The notes: a model not told the origin generated them from the sequence alone. Positions 9,419-20,125 are shown, numbered from the stretch's first letter. The stretch is 64,000 nucleotides of DNA from Candidatus Brocadiia bacterium (GCA_050015075.1 JBEKCB010000029.1:1-64000); one strand, 5' to 3'. Made by a program: numbers and translations.

Positions 9419-11152
9419 TCACTGATATTGGTAGTAATACCAGTCGTACTCGAACGTCACGCTCTTTCCGGCCGGCACGGTCGTGTCCCACGTAATGGCG
9501 GAAATCGGGTTGGCCTGGAACGCCCACCACGGCCAGGAGTCCCCGGCGTATTCTTCGCCGCCGAACGGCGTATCCTCGTAAAGGTTTGTGGCGCTGATCT
9601 TCCCTTCATTGCTCGCCCCGGTCACGGCGCCGAGGACCTTGCGGACGGCGATCAGGCGCACCGGCTTGTCCTTGAAGCTGGCGATGGTCAGCTTTCCGCG
9701 CATCGAGACCTTGGTGTAGTCGTGGTCGCCCAGGGTGAGGCTCTTCGGCTCGCGCTTGACCTCGGTCTCCTCGCGCTTGGGATTCAGGTCGGTCGCGACG
9801 GTGACCTCCAGGTCGGCGCTGTTCTTCACGGAGGTGTAGGTGAGGATCTGTTGCGCGAGCGGGTCGCCGGACTTGAAGACCGTGGCGGGCCCGGTGGTCC
9901 ACGGGGCGTCGCCGTTGTTGGTCAGTCGCAGGACGTGCATCACCTTGGCGGCCGAGAGCGCGGCGGCGAGCTGGCGGACCTGCATGGCGCGCGGCGGGAC
10001 GGGCGGCGCCTCGTACTTGTATATGTCCTCATAAGGGACGGTGACTTCGAGGAGCTTGACGACGGCGCGCTCGCCCTTCTTGAGCGTGACGCCCGCCTGG
10101 TGATAGAGGTAAAGGTCTTCGTTCTGGCCCTCCACCGGCATGATCGGGGCGGCCTCGGCCGCAGCGGCGCGGTCGGGCTGCGCTGCGACCTGGCTCATGA
10201 CGAGGTTGCCGGTAGGATCGTTGATGAATTGCCCGCCGCGGCGCGCGGCCGGCGGGGCAAAATAGGAACTGAGTCTCGGCGCGACTTCCCGCAGCGCCAG
10301 CGGCGAGAGCTTGTCCTTCATGATGAAGCTCGGCACGCCGACGACGAGGCGCACGTTCACGTTGTCGAGGTCGGCGATCTCGTTGATGATCGTGCCCTGG
10401 AGCGTCACGCGCGCCTGGCCGCCGTCGAGGAGATCCACGCGGTAATCCGGGATCCACCGGATTCCCTTCTGAAGGTAAACGACGCCCACTTCGCCTTCCG
10501 CGCCGGCCGGCTTGCCCTGGGCGCCGGCGACGTGCAGCGAGATCTCGCGCGCGACGCGGGTTTGCGCCGAGACCGTGCGCAGGTCATCCACGGTGAGGCT
10601 GACGACGTTCTCGCGCTTGATGATCCGGACGGACTTGTCCTCCCTGAGCATGACGAAGGAGGCGAGCGTTGCAGATTCGGCCTCCGCGCTTTCCTCCGGC
10701 GGGACGAAGGCGCGGTCGTCGCCATGGTCCTTCGACTCTTTCTCCGGGGTGCCGAGCAGGGTGCCGGCGTACGTGGCCGGAGGCGCGCCGGGCAACTGCT
10801 CCACGATGCTGACCTGCTTGCCGGTGTTGGCCTGGATGAGTTCATCCATCGTCAGGCAAGGGCGGTCTTCTTTCAACTCCACGGGGCCGGCGCGGACGAA
10901 GTCCACCGAGCTGTCCTTGTCCGCCGCGAATGCCCAGAACGCGCCGAGCACCGGCGCGGGAACATCGCGCGTGCGGCACCAGCCGTCCTCGAGCTTCGCC
11001 TTCGCGCGCGCCATGATCAGCGCGTGGCCGTCCTTGAACACCGTCACGTCCGTCACCTGCAGCTTGAAATCCGGCGCCTGCGCTTGAACCACGGCGCCGA
11101 GCGCAAGCGCCGCGAACGCTGCGATTGCCCGTCGCGTTCCCTTGCCTCGCAT
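9419..11152 (-). CDS. Secreted DUF4139/DUF4140-like protein
   Basis: Signal peptide; VTVFKDG, YLQKGIRWIPDY, LTNNGDAPWTTGP motifs. Confidence 0.7.
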   Translation of the reverse strand: MRGKGTRRAIAAFAALALGAVVQAQAPDFKLQVTDVTVFKDGHALIMARAKAKLEDGWCRTRDVPAPVLGAFWAFAADKDSSVDFVRAGPVELKEDRPCLTMDELIQANTGKQVSIVEQLPGAPPATYAGTLLGTPEKESKDHGDDRAFVPPEESAEAESATLASFVMLREDKSVRIIKRENVVSLTVDDLRTVSAQTRVAREISLHVAGAQGKPAGAEGEVGVVYLQKGIRWIPDYRVDLLDGGQARVTLQGTIINEIADLDNVNVRLVVGVPSFIMKDKLSPLALREVAPRLSSYFAPPAARRGGQFINDPTGNLVMSQVAAQPDRAAAAEAAPIMPVEGQNEDLYLYHQAGVTLKKGERAVVKLLEVTVPYEDIYKYEAPPVPPRAMQVRQLAAALSAAKVMHVLRLTNNGDAPWTTGPATVFKSGDPLAQQILTYTSVKNSADLEVTVATDLNPKREETEVKREPKSLTLGDHDYTKVSMRGKLTIASFKDKPVRLIAVRKVLGAVTGASNEGKISATNLYEDTPFGGEEYAGDSWPWWAFQANPISAITWDTTVPAGKSVTFEYDWYYYQYQ

Positions 11153-11483
11153 GGCCCTGCCTCCTCTGCTCAGTCCCGGCCGAATCGGGCCGGCGACCCC
11201 TTAAGAGCATCTTTGCCCGCCGCTGAAATATACCAGAAAACCGGATTGACTTGTAAGCATATTGTGGCCAGGCGGAACGCCAGGGTTTGCTGGGCGGAGG
11301 AATATGAAAATTATGGGAATCAGGGGAAGGATGCGACTGATGGGGGCTGTTCCGATAGTTCAGGCGGGCGCGGGTCATGCGCTCGCGCAGGCCGCCCTGT
11401 TCGAGAGAATCTTTCTCCAGGCGGTGAAGCTGCTGGTCAGCATGTGCCCAAGCCGCCCGCGAGGTTTCCGCGGTTCCGGCATT

Positions 11484-12515
11484 CTATTGCGGCCGGCTCG
11501 AAGATGCCGCGGACGGTCGGTCTTCACTACGCCCCGTTCCCGCGCCGAAGATCTTCGCCATTTCCAGGAGAAACGCGCGGCGGGCGGCATCATAGCCGCG
11601 GTCGTTCGGGTCCTCGAAGACGGGACTGAACCAGTAGTGCGGATCGTCCGCGCGGTAGGTGGAACGCCAGAACTGCGCGCAGGTGATGCCGTGGCCCATG
11701 AACAGCGCGTGCAGGTCCACGAGATGGACGTTGCGGTGCCGCGCGGCTACGCGGGCGATGACGGCGTTGTACTCGGCGAGCACTTTCAGGCCGTCCGGCC
11801 ACGAAGGCAGCAGGACGACGTGCGCGGTGCCGGCTCCGTCGGTCGGATCGTAGATGTTCCCGAGGAAGATTTCGCAGCCGCCGGGGAACCTGGCCGTGAC
11901 GGCGGTGAGCATGTCGTCGAGGCGGCGCTCGTAGCTGGCGATCCAGGGCTGCGCCTGCGCCAGGGTGGCGCCGTACATGGCGCATTCCGCCGGCGGAGAG
12001 CGGCCGTAATCCTTGATGATGTCGTTGCCGCCGCTGGTCATCACGACGATGCCGAATCGCTCCGCCGGCTCGACGGGCAGTTTCTCCACCTGCCATTTCA
12101 TGTGCTGGAGAGAGGTCGTGCCGGACAGGGCGCGGTTGGTCTGCGCAAGGCCGGGGATTACGGCGGACAAGGATATCCCGCGCATGCCGTCGAATTCGTC
12201 GGGCGGGTTCGCGAAGAGCCGGTCGAAGTAGCCCTTGCCCGGCGAGGCGCCGTAGCCTTCCGTGATACTGTCGCCCAGTCCGAGCAGGAGCGTGGGGCGG
12301 CGCATCCAGGTTCGCTCGAAGTCGGCGCGCGGCACCGTCGGCCCGGCGGGCCCGCTGCCGACGGGACGGCGGATGTAGAAGAGGTAGAGCGAGAGCGCGC
12401 AGAGCAGGAAGACGCTCCAGAACGCAATCCGCAGGCGCAGTCGCCGGCGTTTCTTGCGCTGGAGCGCCGGATGGGGCGGCGCGGTTGCCGGGGCGGGGAT
12501 CGCGGGCGTCTCCAT
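11484..12515 (-). CDS. SGNH/GDSL hydrolase with N-terminal membrane anchor
   Basis: LGDSITEG, SGGND, NIYDP motifs; DPN in place of the usual DxxH. Confidence 0.8.
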   Translation of the reverse strand: METPAIPAPATAPPHPALQRKKRRRLRLRIAFWSVFLLCALSLYLFYIRRPVGSGPAGPTVPRADFERTWMRRPTLLLGLGDSITEGYGASPGKGYFDRLFANPPDEFDGMRGISLSAVIPGLAQTNRALSGTTSLQHMKWQVEKLPVEPAERFGIVVMTSGGNDIIKDYGRSPPAECAMYGATLAQAQPWIASYERRLDDMLTAVTARFPGGCEIFLGNIYDPTDGAGTAHVVLLPSWPDGLKVLAEYNAVIARVAARHRNVHLVDLHALFMGHGITCAQFWRSTYRADDPHYWFSPVFEDPNDRGYDAARRAFLLEMAKIFGAGTGRSEDRPSAASSSRPQ

Positions 12516-12691
12516 GGGCTCGACCTCATTTCGAACGGACCGCAATGTCGGGAGGCCGCAGACGATGATTATGCATAGAAAGGTGGCGGGCGGCAAGGTG
12601 AGCGGAGTTTGATGCCTTGCTGCGCGCTCCGTTCGCCTTGTCCGTCCGCCACTGACTGTTCGATGCGACATTCACTGCACGGTGCTTCGGT

Positions 12692-13696
12692 CTACCGGCC
12701 GTGTCCACCTCCTCCGTGACCACCGAACCCGCCTCCTCCGAAGCCGCCGCTATGAGAGAAGCCGCTGCTATGAGAGAAGCCGCCGCCGCTGAACCTCGTT
12801 CCTCCGCTGTAGGAGGATCGAGTTCCTGAACTCCTGTAAGTCGGAGCCGATGTGTTGGAGTACGACGCCGTTGAATCACTGCGGAAGGTCGGCGAGGAGA
12901 AAGTGCGTCCCGATGTCATGTGGCTCTCTCCGGCCGTCCCATCGAATTGCCGGGCCGACTCGCCATCCGAATGCGATACGCCGCTCTTCCAGATGGCGCC
13001 GGAGCCGCGACCATCGAATCGGCCGTCGAATCGGTCATGGTGCCTGTCAAAGCCAAAGCTCTGCCCGAAGCCCGCACACCCAATGAACCCGAACCCGAAA
13101 TCGGGGCACCAGGAGTATGGATAATCACCTGTATAGCAGTAAGGCTCCGTCGGATAGTACGACGGCCAGTAATAGGGGGCCTCCGCACCGTATTCGTAGG
13201 GCGGAAGGTCCATAAGCGTCGCAGGTTGAGAGTAAATATCCGAAAGTGTAGTGGAGCCCTGGCTGGCCTCGTCGTACGAGTTTGAGACTTCCGGAGGAGT
13301 CCAATTCGGAGCCTCGGCGTAGAGCGCGTCGATGCTGACCACTTTGGCGAGGTCCACGTTAACCGGCCCCACTTCAGTGGTGGTTTGCAGGAAGCTGCTT
13401 TCGGGTTTGTACTGCACCCGCAGAGCGACGGACTTCGTGCGGATCTCCGCCCATCCGCCGGTCGAGTCGAAATCGGCCGAGACGAAGTCTGTGGATGGCA
13501 GGGTCAACTGCCCGTACTGGGTGGTAATATTCAAGGTGAAAGACAGCGCGCCCTTCAGAGTGCTTCCGTCCGAAAGCAGAATCTTGAACCCCTGGACGCC
13601 GGGCTGAGTTGCCGGCGCCGCTGCGCTTAGCGCTGCCGTCAGCGGAAAGATGAGCAGCGCTGCTACGATTGGTAAGATCAATTTATTGTATCGCAT
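12692..13696 (-). CDS. Secreted hypothetical protein with Tyr/Pro-rich middle and Gly/Ser-rich tail
   Basis: Signal peptide, RBS GGGAGG; C-terminal GGFSHSSGFSHSGGFGGGG. Confidence 0.65.
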   Translation of the reverse strand: MRYNKLILPIVAALLIFPLTAALSAAAPATQPGVQGFKILLSDGSTLKGALSFTLNITTQYGQLTLPSTDFVSADFDSTGGWAEIRTKSVALRVQYKPESSFLQTTTEVGPVNVDLAKVVSIDALYAEAPNWTPPEVSNSYDEASQGSTTLSDIYSQPATLMDLPPYEYGAEAPYYWPSYYPTEPYCYTGDYPYSWCPDFGFGFIGCAGFGQSFGFDRHHDRFDGRFDGRGSGAIWKSGVSHSDGESARQFDGTAGESHMTSGRTFSSPTFRSDSTASYSNTSAPTYRSSGTRSSYSGGTRFSGGGFSHSSGFSHSGGFGGGGFGGHGGGGHGR

Positions 13697-13876
13697 GGTT
13701 TAACCCTCCCATGCTGCACGCGTCCATCAATGCTTGCCTTCTATATAATTATACCACGCTAAGAGGAGGAACGCGCCCAATTCCGCCGCCGGCGTAATGG
13801 CCTAAGTGCTTGTAACTGAGCGCGATATGCCATGTGGGCCCTCTCGCCCGCGCGGTCGCGCCGGTCCCTCAACTCC

Positions 13877-13905
13877 TTGACAAATCGGGCATGAGCAATC
13901 ACAAT
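13877..13905 (+). promoter_or_regulatory. sigma70-like promoter of the gcv operon
   Basis: TTGACA-17 bp-CACAAT. Confidence 0.55.
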
Positions 13906-13955
13906 GGGTGTTGAGCGGGCAACCTTCATTCGCAAGGTTCACGATGGAGACCGAA

Positions 13956-14357
13956 ATGGCGGAGCCAACGGCCGTGCCGGAAGATCGCCGCTACACCAAG
14001 GACCACGAATGGGTGCGCTTTGAGGGCGATCTCGCGGTGGTCGGCATCACCGATCACGCCCAACACGCGCTGGGGGAAATCACGTACGTGGAACTGCCGC
14101 CGATGGACAAGGCTCTCAAGCAGTTCGCCGAAGCGGGCGCGGTGGAATCCGCCAAGGCGGCTTCCGACATGTTCTCGCCGCTTTCCGGCGTCGTGGCCGA
14201 GGTCAACCTGGCGCTGGAGACCGAACCGGAGAAGGTCAACGCCGATCCATACGGAGAAGGCTGGATGTACAAGCTCAAAGGCGCGTCGGCCGGGGAGTTG
14301 GCCAACCTCCTCACGGCCCAGCAATACCGGAAGCTGATCGAGGAATCGCCGCAATGA
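13956..14357 (+). CDS. gcvH: Glycine cleavage system H protein
   Basis: YTKDHEWV, VGITDHAQHALG, lipoyl-lysine motif VESAKAAS, NADPYGEGW. Confidence 0.96.
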   Translation: MAEPTAVPEDRRYTKDHEWVRFEGDLAVVGITDHAQHALGEITYVELPPMDKALKQFAEAGAVESAKAASDMFSPLSGVVAEVNLALETEPEKVNADPYGEGWMYKLKGASAGELANLLTAQQYRKLIEESPQ

Positions 14358-15682
14358 GCTTTGTGCCGAATACCGACGCGCAGCGCGCCGAGATGCTCGC
14401 CGCGCTCGGGAAATCCATGGACGACCTCTTCAGCGGCATTCCGCCGGAACTCCGCGCGCGGTCGTTCGATCTCCCGCCGGGCCGGTCGGAATTGGAGGTC
14501 CGGCAAGTGCTGGGAAAGCTCGCCGCGAAAAACCACTATCAGCTCGTCTCCTTTCTCGGCGGCGGGTTCTACGATCACTTCATCCCGGCCGCGGTGGACA
14601 GCATCCTCAGTCGCGGCGAGTTCTTCAGCGCCTACACGCCGTACCAGCCGGAAGCCTCGCAAGGCACGCTCCAGGCCATCTACGAATTCCAGACGGCCGT
14701 GAGCCGCCTGACCGGGATGGAGGTGGCGAACGCGTCGCTCTACGACGGCGGCACGGCGCTGTACGAGGCGACGATGATGGCCCTGCGCGTGACCGGACGA
14801 CGGAAGATCATCCTCGACGAGGCCGTCAACCCGATCTACCGCAAAATGCTCCGCTCGTACACCACGAACCTGGAGATTGAGTTCCGCGAGTTCCCCAGCC
14901 GCGACGGCCGCAGCGACCGCGGGCGGATCGCGGAGCAGCTCGACGATAAGACCGCCGGCGTCATCGTGCAGAACCCGACCTTCTTCGGCTGCGTGGACGA
15001 TTACTCCGACATCGCGCAGATGGCGCATAAGGCCGGGGCGCTGCTGATCGTCTCGTGCTATCCGCTCTCGCTCGGCATCCTCAAGACGCCCGGCGAAATG
15101 GACGCCGACATCGCCACCGCCGAGGGTCAGAGCCTGGGGCTTCCGCTCTCGTTCGGCGGGCCGTATCTAGGGCTGCTGGCCACGCGGCGCCGCTTCGTGC
15201 GCAAGATGCCCGGTCGCCTGGTCGGGCGCACGGTGGACAAGAAGGGCCGGCCGGGCTTCGTGCTGACGCTCCAGGCGCGCGAGCAGCACGTGCGCCGGGC
15301 CAAGGCCACCAGCAACATCTGCACGAACGAATCGCTCTGCGCGCTGGGCGCGCTCGTCTACCTAACGCTCCTTGGCAAAGACGGCCTCACCGAGGCGGCG
15401 CAACTGTGCGCGGCCAAGGCCGCTTACGCGCGCCAGCGGCTCCTCGCGATCCCCGGCGTCACAGCGCGGTTCGCCGCGCCGGTCTTCAACGAATTCGTCG
15501 TGGACCTTCCGCTGCCGGCGGTGCACGTGATCAGCGACCTGATCGAGCACGGCTTCGCCGCAGGATTCCCGCTCAGCCGCTACTACCGCGGCATGGACAA
15601 CGCCATGCTGATCGCCGTGACTGAGAACCGCACGCGTGAGGAGATCGGCATGCTCGCCGAGACGCTGGAGGGGCTGCTGTGA
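14354..15682 (+). CDS. gcvPA: Glycine dehydrogenase subunit 1
   Basis: AYTPYQPEASQGTLQAIYEFQ, ANASLYDGG, REQHVRRAKATSNICTN. Confidence 0.96.
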   Translation: MSFVPNTDAQRAEMLAALGKSMDDLFSGIPPELRARSFDLPPGRSELEVRQVLGKLAAKNHYQLVSFLGGGFYDHFIPAAVDSILSRGEFFSAYTPYQPEASQGTLQAIYEFQTAVSRLTGMEVANASLYDGGTALYEATMMALRVTGRRKIILDEAVNPIYRKMLRSYTTNLEIEFREFPSRDGRSDRGRIAEQLDDKTAGVIVQNPTFFGCVDDYSDIAQMAHKAGALLIVSCYPLSLGILKTPGEMDADIATAEGQSLGLPLSFGGPYLGLLATRRRFVRKMPGRLVGRTVDKKGRPGFVLTLQAREQHVRRAKATSNICTNESLCALGALVYLTLLGKDGLTEAAQLCAAKAAYARQRLLAIPGVTARFAAPVFNEFVVDLPLPAVHVISDLIEHGFAAGFPLSRYYRGMDNAMLIAVTENRTREEIGMLAETLEGLL

Positions 15683-17124
15683 AGTTGATCTTCGAGCAGA
15701 GCGTCGCCGGCCGGCGGGGCGTGCGCCTTCCGAAATCCGACGTGCCGGAAGCCCCTGCGCTCGCGCCGGAATTGCGCCGCGCCGCGCCCGCCGAACTGCC
15801 GGAGGTCTCGGAGCTCGACGCGGTCCGGCACTTCACGCGCCTGTCGCAACTCAACTTCAGCGTGGACACTCATTTCTATCCGCTCGGCTCGTGCACGATG
15901 AAGTACAACCCGAGACTCTGCGAGCACGTCGCGCGCCTCGAGGGCTTCACCGGCCTGCATCCGCTCCTACCGCAACTGCGCGGCGGCGGCCTGCTCACGC
16001 AGGGCGCGCTGGCGGTGCTCTTCGAGTGCGAACAACTGCTCTGCCGGATCACCGGCATGGCGCGGTTCACCCTGCAGCCGCTGGCCGGCGCGCACGGCGA
16101 ACTGACCGGCATCATGATCATGGCCGCCTTCCATCGCGCCCGCGGAAAGAAGCGAAGCAAGGTGCTCGTCCCGGACTCCTCGCACGGCACGAACCCGGCG
16201 AGCGCGGCGATCGCCGGCTACCAGGTCGTCTCGGTCCCGTCGGATCGCAGAGGCCGCGTGGACCTGGCCGCGCTCAAGCAACTGCTCGACGACGAAACGG
16301 CCGGCCTGATGATGACCTGCCCGAACACGCTCGGCCTCTTCGAGGAGCAGGTCGGCGAGATCGCGCGCTGCGTGCACGAGGCCGGCGGGCTGATGTATTA
16401 CGACGGTGCGAACCTCAACGCGATCGTCGGCAAGTGTCGGCCGGGCGACCTCGGGTTCGACATCGTCCACCTGAACCTGCACAAGACCTTCGCCACGCCG
16501 CACGGCTCGGGCGGGCCGGGCGCGGGACCGGTCGGCGTGACCGCGGCGCTGGAGAAATTCCTGCCGATCTCGCTCGTCGTCAAGCGCGAGGACGGCACCT
16601 TCTCGCTCGATTACGACCGGCCGGATTCCATCGGCTACATCGCGCCGTTCTACGGGAACTTTGGCGTCATCCTGCGCGCGTACGCCTATATCCTGTCGCT
16701 CGGCCGCGAGGGCCTCATCGAGGTCGCCGAGAACGCAGTGCTGAACGCGAACTACCTCATGTCGCGCCTGCGGGACCATTACGCGGCGCCGTTCGAAGGC
16801 GCCTGCATGCACGAGTTTGTCCTCTCCGCGGCGGCGCAACTGAGGGACTCCGGCTGCGGCGCGAACGACATCGCGAAGGCGCTGATTGACCGCGGCTTCC
16901 ATCCGCCGACGATGTATTTCCCGATCACCGTCAAAGAGGCGATGATGATCGAGCCGACGGAGACCGAATCGCGCGAGACGCTCGACGCGTTCGCCGACGC
17001 GATGATCGAGATCGCGCGCCTGATCCGCGACGATCCCCAGGCGATCAAGGACGCGCCCGTGACCACCGCAGTCTCGCGCCTGGACATCACAAAGGCGGAG
17101 CGCGATATGGACCTCGGGGCGTGA
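15679..17124 (+). CDS. gcvPB: Glycine dehydrogenase subunit 2
   Basis: YPLGSCTMKYNP, HLNLHKTFATPHGSGGPG (PLP lysine), MIEPTETES. Confidence 0.96.
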   Translation: MKLIFEQSVAGRRGVRLPKSDVPEAPALAPELRRAAPAELPEVSELDAVRHFTRLSQLNFSVDTHFYPLGSCTMKYNPRLCEHVARLEGFTGLHPLLPQLRGGGLLTQGALAVLFECEQLLCRITGMARFTLQPLAGAHGELTGIMIMAAFHRARGKKRSKVLVPDSSHGTNPASAAIAGYQVVSVPSDRRGRVDLAALKQLLDDETAGLMMTCPNTLGLFEEQVGEIARCVHEAGGLMYYDGANLNAIVGKCRPGDLGFDIVHLNLHKTFATPHGSGGPGAGPVGVTAALEKFLPISLVVKREDGTFSLDYDRPDSIGYIAPFYGNFGVILRAYAYILSLGREGLIEVAENAVLNANYLMSRLRDHYAAPFEGACMHEFVLSAAAQLRDSGCGANDIAKALIDRGFHPPTMYFPITVKEAMMIEPTETESRETLDAFADAMIEIARLIRDDPQAIKDAPVTTAVSRLDITKAERDMDLGA

Positions 17125-17450
17125 AACTGGCGGTCCACCACGGCGACAATTTTCTTGCCACGGATTTCACGGATTTCCACGGATTACCGGCGACGGCCGG
17201 AAACTGACTTGGAAAGAGCCGTTCGTTCCTTTCCACTGATCCGCCGTCGGGGCGTGTTTACCTAACACGCGGTGTCATATTATCTTATGATGCGCTGGGT
17301 TCGTTTTTCAAACTGCCTTTTGCGCCTGTGCCGCTGTCCTCTGGAAGAAGGAATCCTCTTTGACAGCTTGAAACAAGTCGCCGCCGTCCTTTGCGACTTT
17401 GCGCCTTTGCGTGAGACTCGTTGTGCCGTGCCGTTTTCAAAGTGGCGTCT

Positions 17451-17598
17451 ATTATAACACGGAATTTCGGCACGGAGCGGACGCGGGAAAGTCAGTGCGC
17501 TTGGCAGCGGGTTCAGTGCGGTCGGGAGCGGTTTGAGTGCGCTTCGGTGCGCTTCGCAGCGGTTTGGGTGCGCTTTTTTCTGCGACCTGGACTTGATG
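17451..17598 (+). repeat. Dispersed phased-repeat element, copy C
   Basis: Same layout and spacing as copy A (ATTATAA to first unit 43 bp; to TTGA 142 bp). Confidence 0.85.
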
Positions 17599-17775
17599 GC
17601 GCCCACGTCCGCTAGGAATGCCCGGTCGAGAGCGTTAACGGCCGCTTTTTGCGTTCCAGTTATCCTGCCGCTCGGCCCGGCGACGCCTTATGGATTAGTG
17701 AAGTAGCGGGTGTTATACTGCGCTGGGCTGAAGGTAAGTTCCTCGCAATAGAGTCCCTGAGAAGAAGGTCTCCCC

Positions 17776-19782
17776 GTGATGCGCAGCGCGCTTATTGCCG
17801 CACTTTGCATGCTGAGCTTGCTGAACGCACGGGCGGAAGACGTCCCAACGGGCGTTCCGCGAATCCCTACTGCGTCCTGGGGGGCTACGCTCAACGAGCA
17901 TCCGCGGCTGTTCGGCTCGAAGGAGTACCTGAAAGAGCTCGCCGCGAGGAAGCCGCGCGAATACCAGGGCGTCCAGCGACTGTCCAGGGAGTCGGAGGAC
18001 CTCGCGGCGGCCGGCGTGGTCAACGCGGTGGAGGGCATCGGCGCCGACGCGGCGCAGGGATATGTCGCCGCCGCGATGAAGCACGTCGAGCGCGGCGCGA
18101 CCAACACGCACCAGGATACCTGGATCGCGCTGACCGACGCGGCGTTGACGTACGATTTCTTCTACGACCGGATCGCTCCGGCCGACCGGCAGAAGATGAT
18201 CGGCTGGTTCAACGCGCACCTCGCCGCCTACACACAGGATGAGAACGCATTCCACAACTCGACGTTGTCCAAAATCCTCTGCTACCTCCGCATCGCTTAC
18301 GCCACTTGGGGCGAAAACCCGCGCGCGAAGGAGTTTCGCGACTACGCGCTGACGAAATTGTACGAGGGAAAGGTGCTGCCGGTGCTGAAGGAATTCGGCG
18401 CCGGCGGCGGCTTCACCGAATGCGGCTGGTACGCCCGGCATTCGCTCTGGCACCTGACGCAGGCGCTGGAGCTGGCGCGGCGGTTCGAGAACTACGACGG
18501 CTTCGCGCTGGACGCGCCGTTCTTCTATCAGCGCATGGCGTACGAACTCTACGACGGCTATCCCGGACTCTGGATTTACGGCTGCGAGCAGTACCCGGTG
18601 GAAGGCGACGGATCGAACATCTACGGCGGCCACACGGAGTATCCGCGCGAGATGCGCACGCTGCTGGCGCAGTACTTCCGCGGGTCGCCGCTGGCCGGTT
18701 ACGTGGCCGCGAAGCGCCGGCCGGCCTCGAATCCGCAGGTCGCGACGATGGACTTCCTTTATGAAGAGCCGCCGGACCCGCCGCGCCCGCTGACCGAGCT
18801 GCCGCTGGCGCACCTGGCCGAGGGCATCGGCAAAGTCTACGCGCGCAGCGACTGGACCGACGGCGCGTCGTGGCTGCGCTTCGAGTGCGGAGATTACTGG
18901 ACCGCGCACCAGCACTTCGAGGTCGGGAACTTCGAGATTTACCGTTTCGCGCCGTTGGCCACGGAAAGCGGCGAATACCAGGAATGGGGCGACGCGCACG
19001 CGATGGACTGGCTGATCCGCACTGTGGCGAACAACTGCATCCTGGTCTACCAGCCCGGCGAGAAGTGGACGAACATGCGCGACGGCGGCCGCATTGACTA
19101 CGCCAACGACGGCGGACAGGCGAAGAAGTGGGATTGGCCGGTGGACACGCTTCAGCAGTGGCTGGCCAAGCGCGAGCAGTTCACCCGCGGCAAAATCGTG
19201 GCATACGAGAACCAGCCGGCGTGGCTGTACGTCGCCGGAGACTGCACGCCCGCTTATTCCCCGGAGAAGCTGGCGCTGTGGATGCGGCAGATCGTGTTCC
19301 TGCGGCCCGGGACCTTCGTGATCTTCGACCGCGTGGTCAGCCGGAAAGCTGAATACGAAAAGACCTGGCTGCTGCATTGCAGAAACGAGCCGCAGATTGA
19401 GGGCGCGCAAGCCGTCATCCGCAACGGCAAGGGCGAGCTGGTCATGCGGACGCTGCTGCCCGAAGCCGCGACGCTCCGCAAGGTGGAAGGATACACCTAT
19501 CGCGGGCAGACGTTCGAGGCGCCCAAAGGCCCGCTGAACGCCGCGGCCAACCGCTGGCGCATCGAGGTGACGCCGGGCAAGCCGGCCGAGGAGGACCTGT
19601 TCCTGCACGTCCTTTTCACCGACGGCGCGCAACCGGTCGAGCTCATCCGCGACGCAGACAAAGTGGGCGTCAAGGTCGGCGGCGATCAGGTCCTGTTCAG
19701 CGGCAGGCAGGGCGGTGAGCTATCCGTCGGCGGAGAGCGCCGCGAGCTTCCGCAGCGCGTGGTCAAGGGAAATTGGGAATGA
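17776..19782 (+). CDS. Secreted heparinase II/III-like polysaccharide lyase family protein
   Basis: Signal peptide; HPRLF, YARSDW, HQHFEVGNFEIY, VIFDRV, FLHVL motifs. Confidence 0.7.
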   Translation: MMRSALIAALCMLSLLNARAEDVPTGVPRIPTASWGATLNEHPRLFGSKEYLKELAARKPREYQGVQRLSRESEDLAAAGVVNAVEGIGADAAQGYVAAAMKHVERGATNTHQDTWIALTDAALTYDFFYDRIAPADRQKMIGWFNAHLAAYTQDENAFHNSTLSKILCYLRIAYATWGENPRAKEFRDYALTKLYEGKVLPVLKEFGAGGGFTECGWYARHSLWHLTQALELARRFENYDGFALDAPFFYQRMAYELYDGYPGLWIYGCEQYPVEGDGSNIYGGHTEYPREMRTLLAQYFRGSPLAGYVAAKRRPASNPQVATMDFLYEEPPDPPRPLTELPLAHLAEGIGKVYARSDWTDGASWLRFECGDYWTAHQHFEVGNFEIYRFAPLATESGEYQEWGDAHAMDWLIRTVANNCILVYQPGEKWTNMRDGGRIDYANDGGQAKKWDWPVDTLQQWLAKREQFTRGKIVAYENQPAWLYVAGDCTPAYSPEKLALWMRQIVFLRPGTFVIFDRVVSRKAEYEKTWLLHCRNEPQIEGAQAVIRNGKGELVMRTLLPEAATLRKVEGYTYRGQTFEAPKGPLNAAANRWRIEVTPGKPAEEDLFLHVLFTDGAQPVELIRDADKVGVKVGGDQVLFSGRQGGELSVGGERRELPQRVVKGNWE

Positions 19783-19906
19783 GCGCAAAGCGCCGGGCAT
19801 ACGGCGCGGACGCCCGGAATGCCCGATTGTCGCGCTTGCCTCCTGGCCGGCGTGATGGTAACCTCAGTCTGTAATTACGTTGATTACAGAGATCAGGAAG
19901 TAAACC

Positions 19907-20125
19907 ATGCGAAGCACAATGACCATCAGCATTCCGAAATCGGTCCGGGCGGAGATTGACCGCGTTTCGAAGGCGGAAGGCGTGTCGCGGAGCGACATCG
20001 TGCGCGAGTCCATCCGCGACTACCTTTTCGTCAGAAAGTTTCGCGGGCTGCGCAAAGCGATGACAGCCAAGGCGTCGCGCCGCAAGGTCCATACCGATCA
20101 AGACGTATTCGACCGGGTGTCATGA
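19907..20125 (+). CDS. CopG/ribbon-helix-helix antitoxin
   Basis: TMTISIP...VSRSDIVRESIRDY; ATGA overlap with the PIN gene. Confidence 0.85.
   Translation: MRSTMTISIPKSVRAEIDRVSKAEGVSRSDIVRESIRDYLFVRKFRGLRKAMTAKASRRKVHTDQDVFDRVS

Noticed and set aside
12740-12790. 18-bp tandem repeat GAAGCCGCNGCTATGAGA
   Set aside because: Simply encodes the low-complexity FSHSxG tail of the 12692-13696 protein.
13700-13955. Glycine riboswitch upstream of gcvH
   Set aside because: No recognisable aptamer motifs, and the predicted promoter leaves only a ~45-nt leader.
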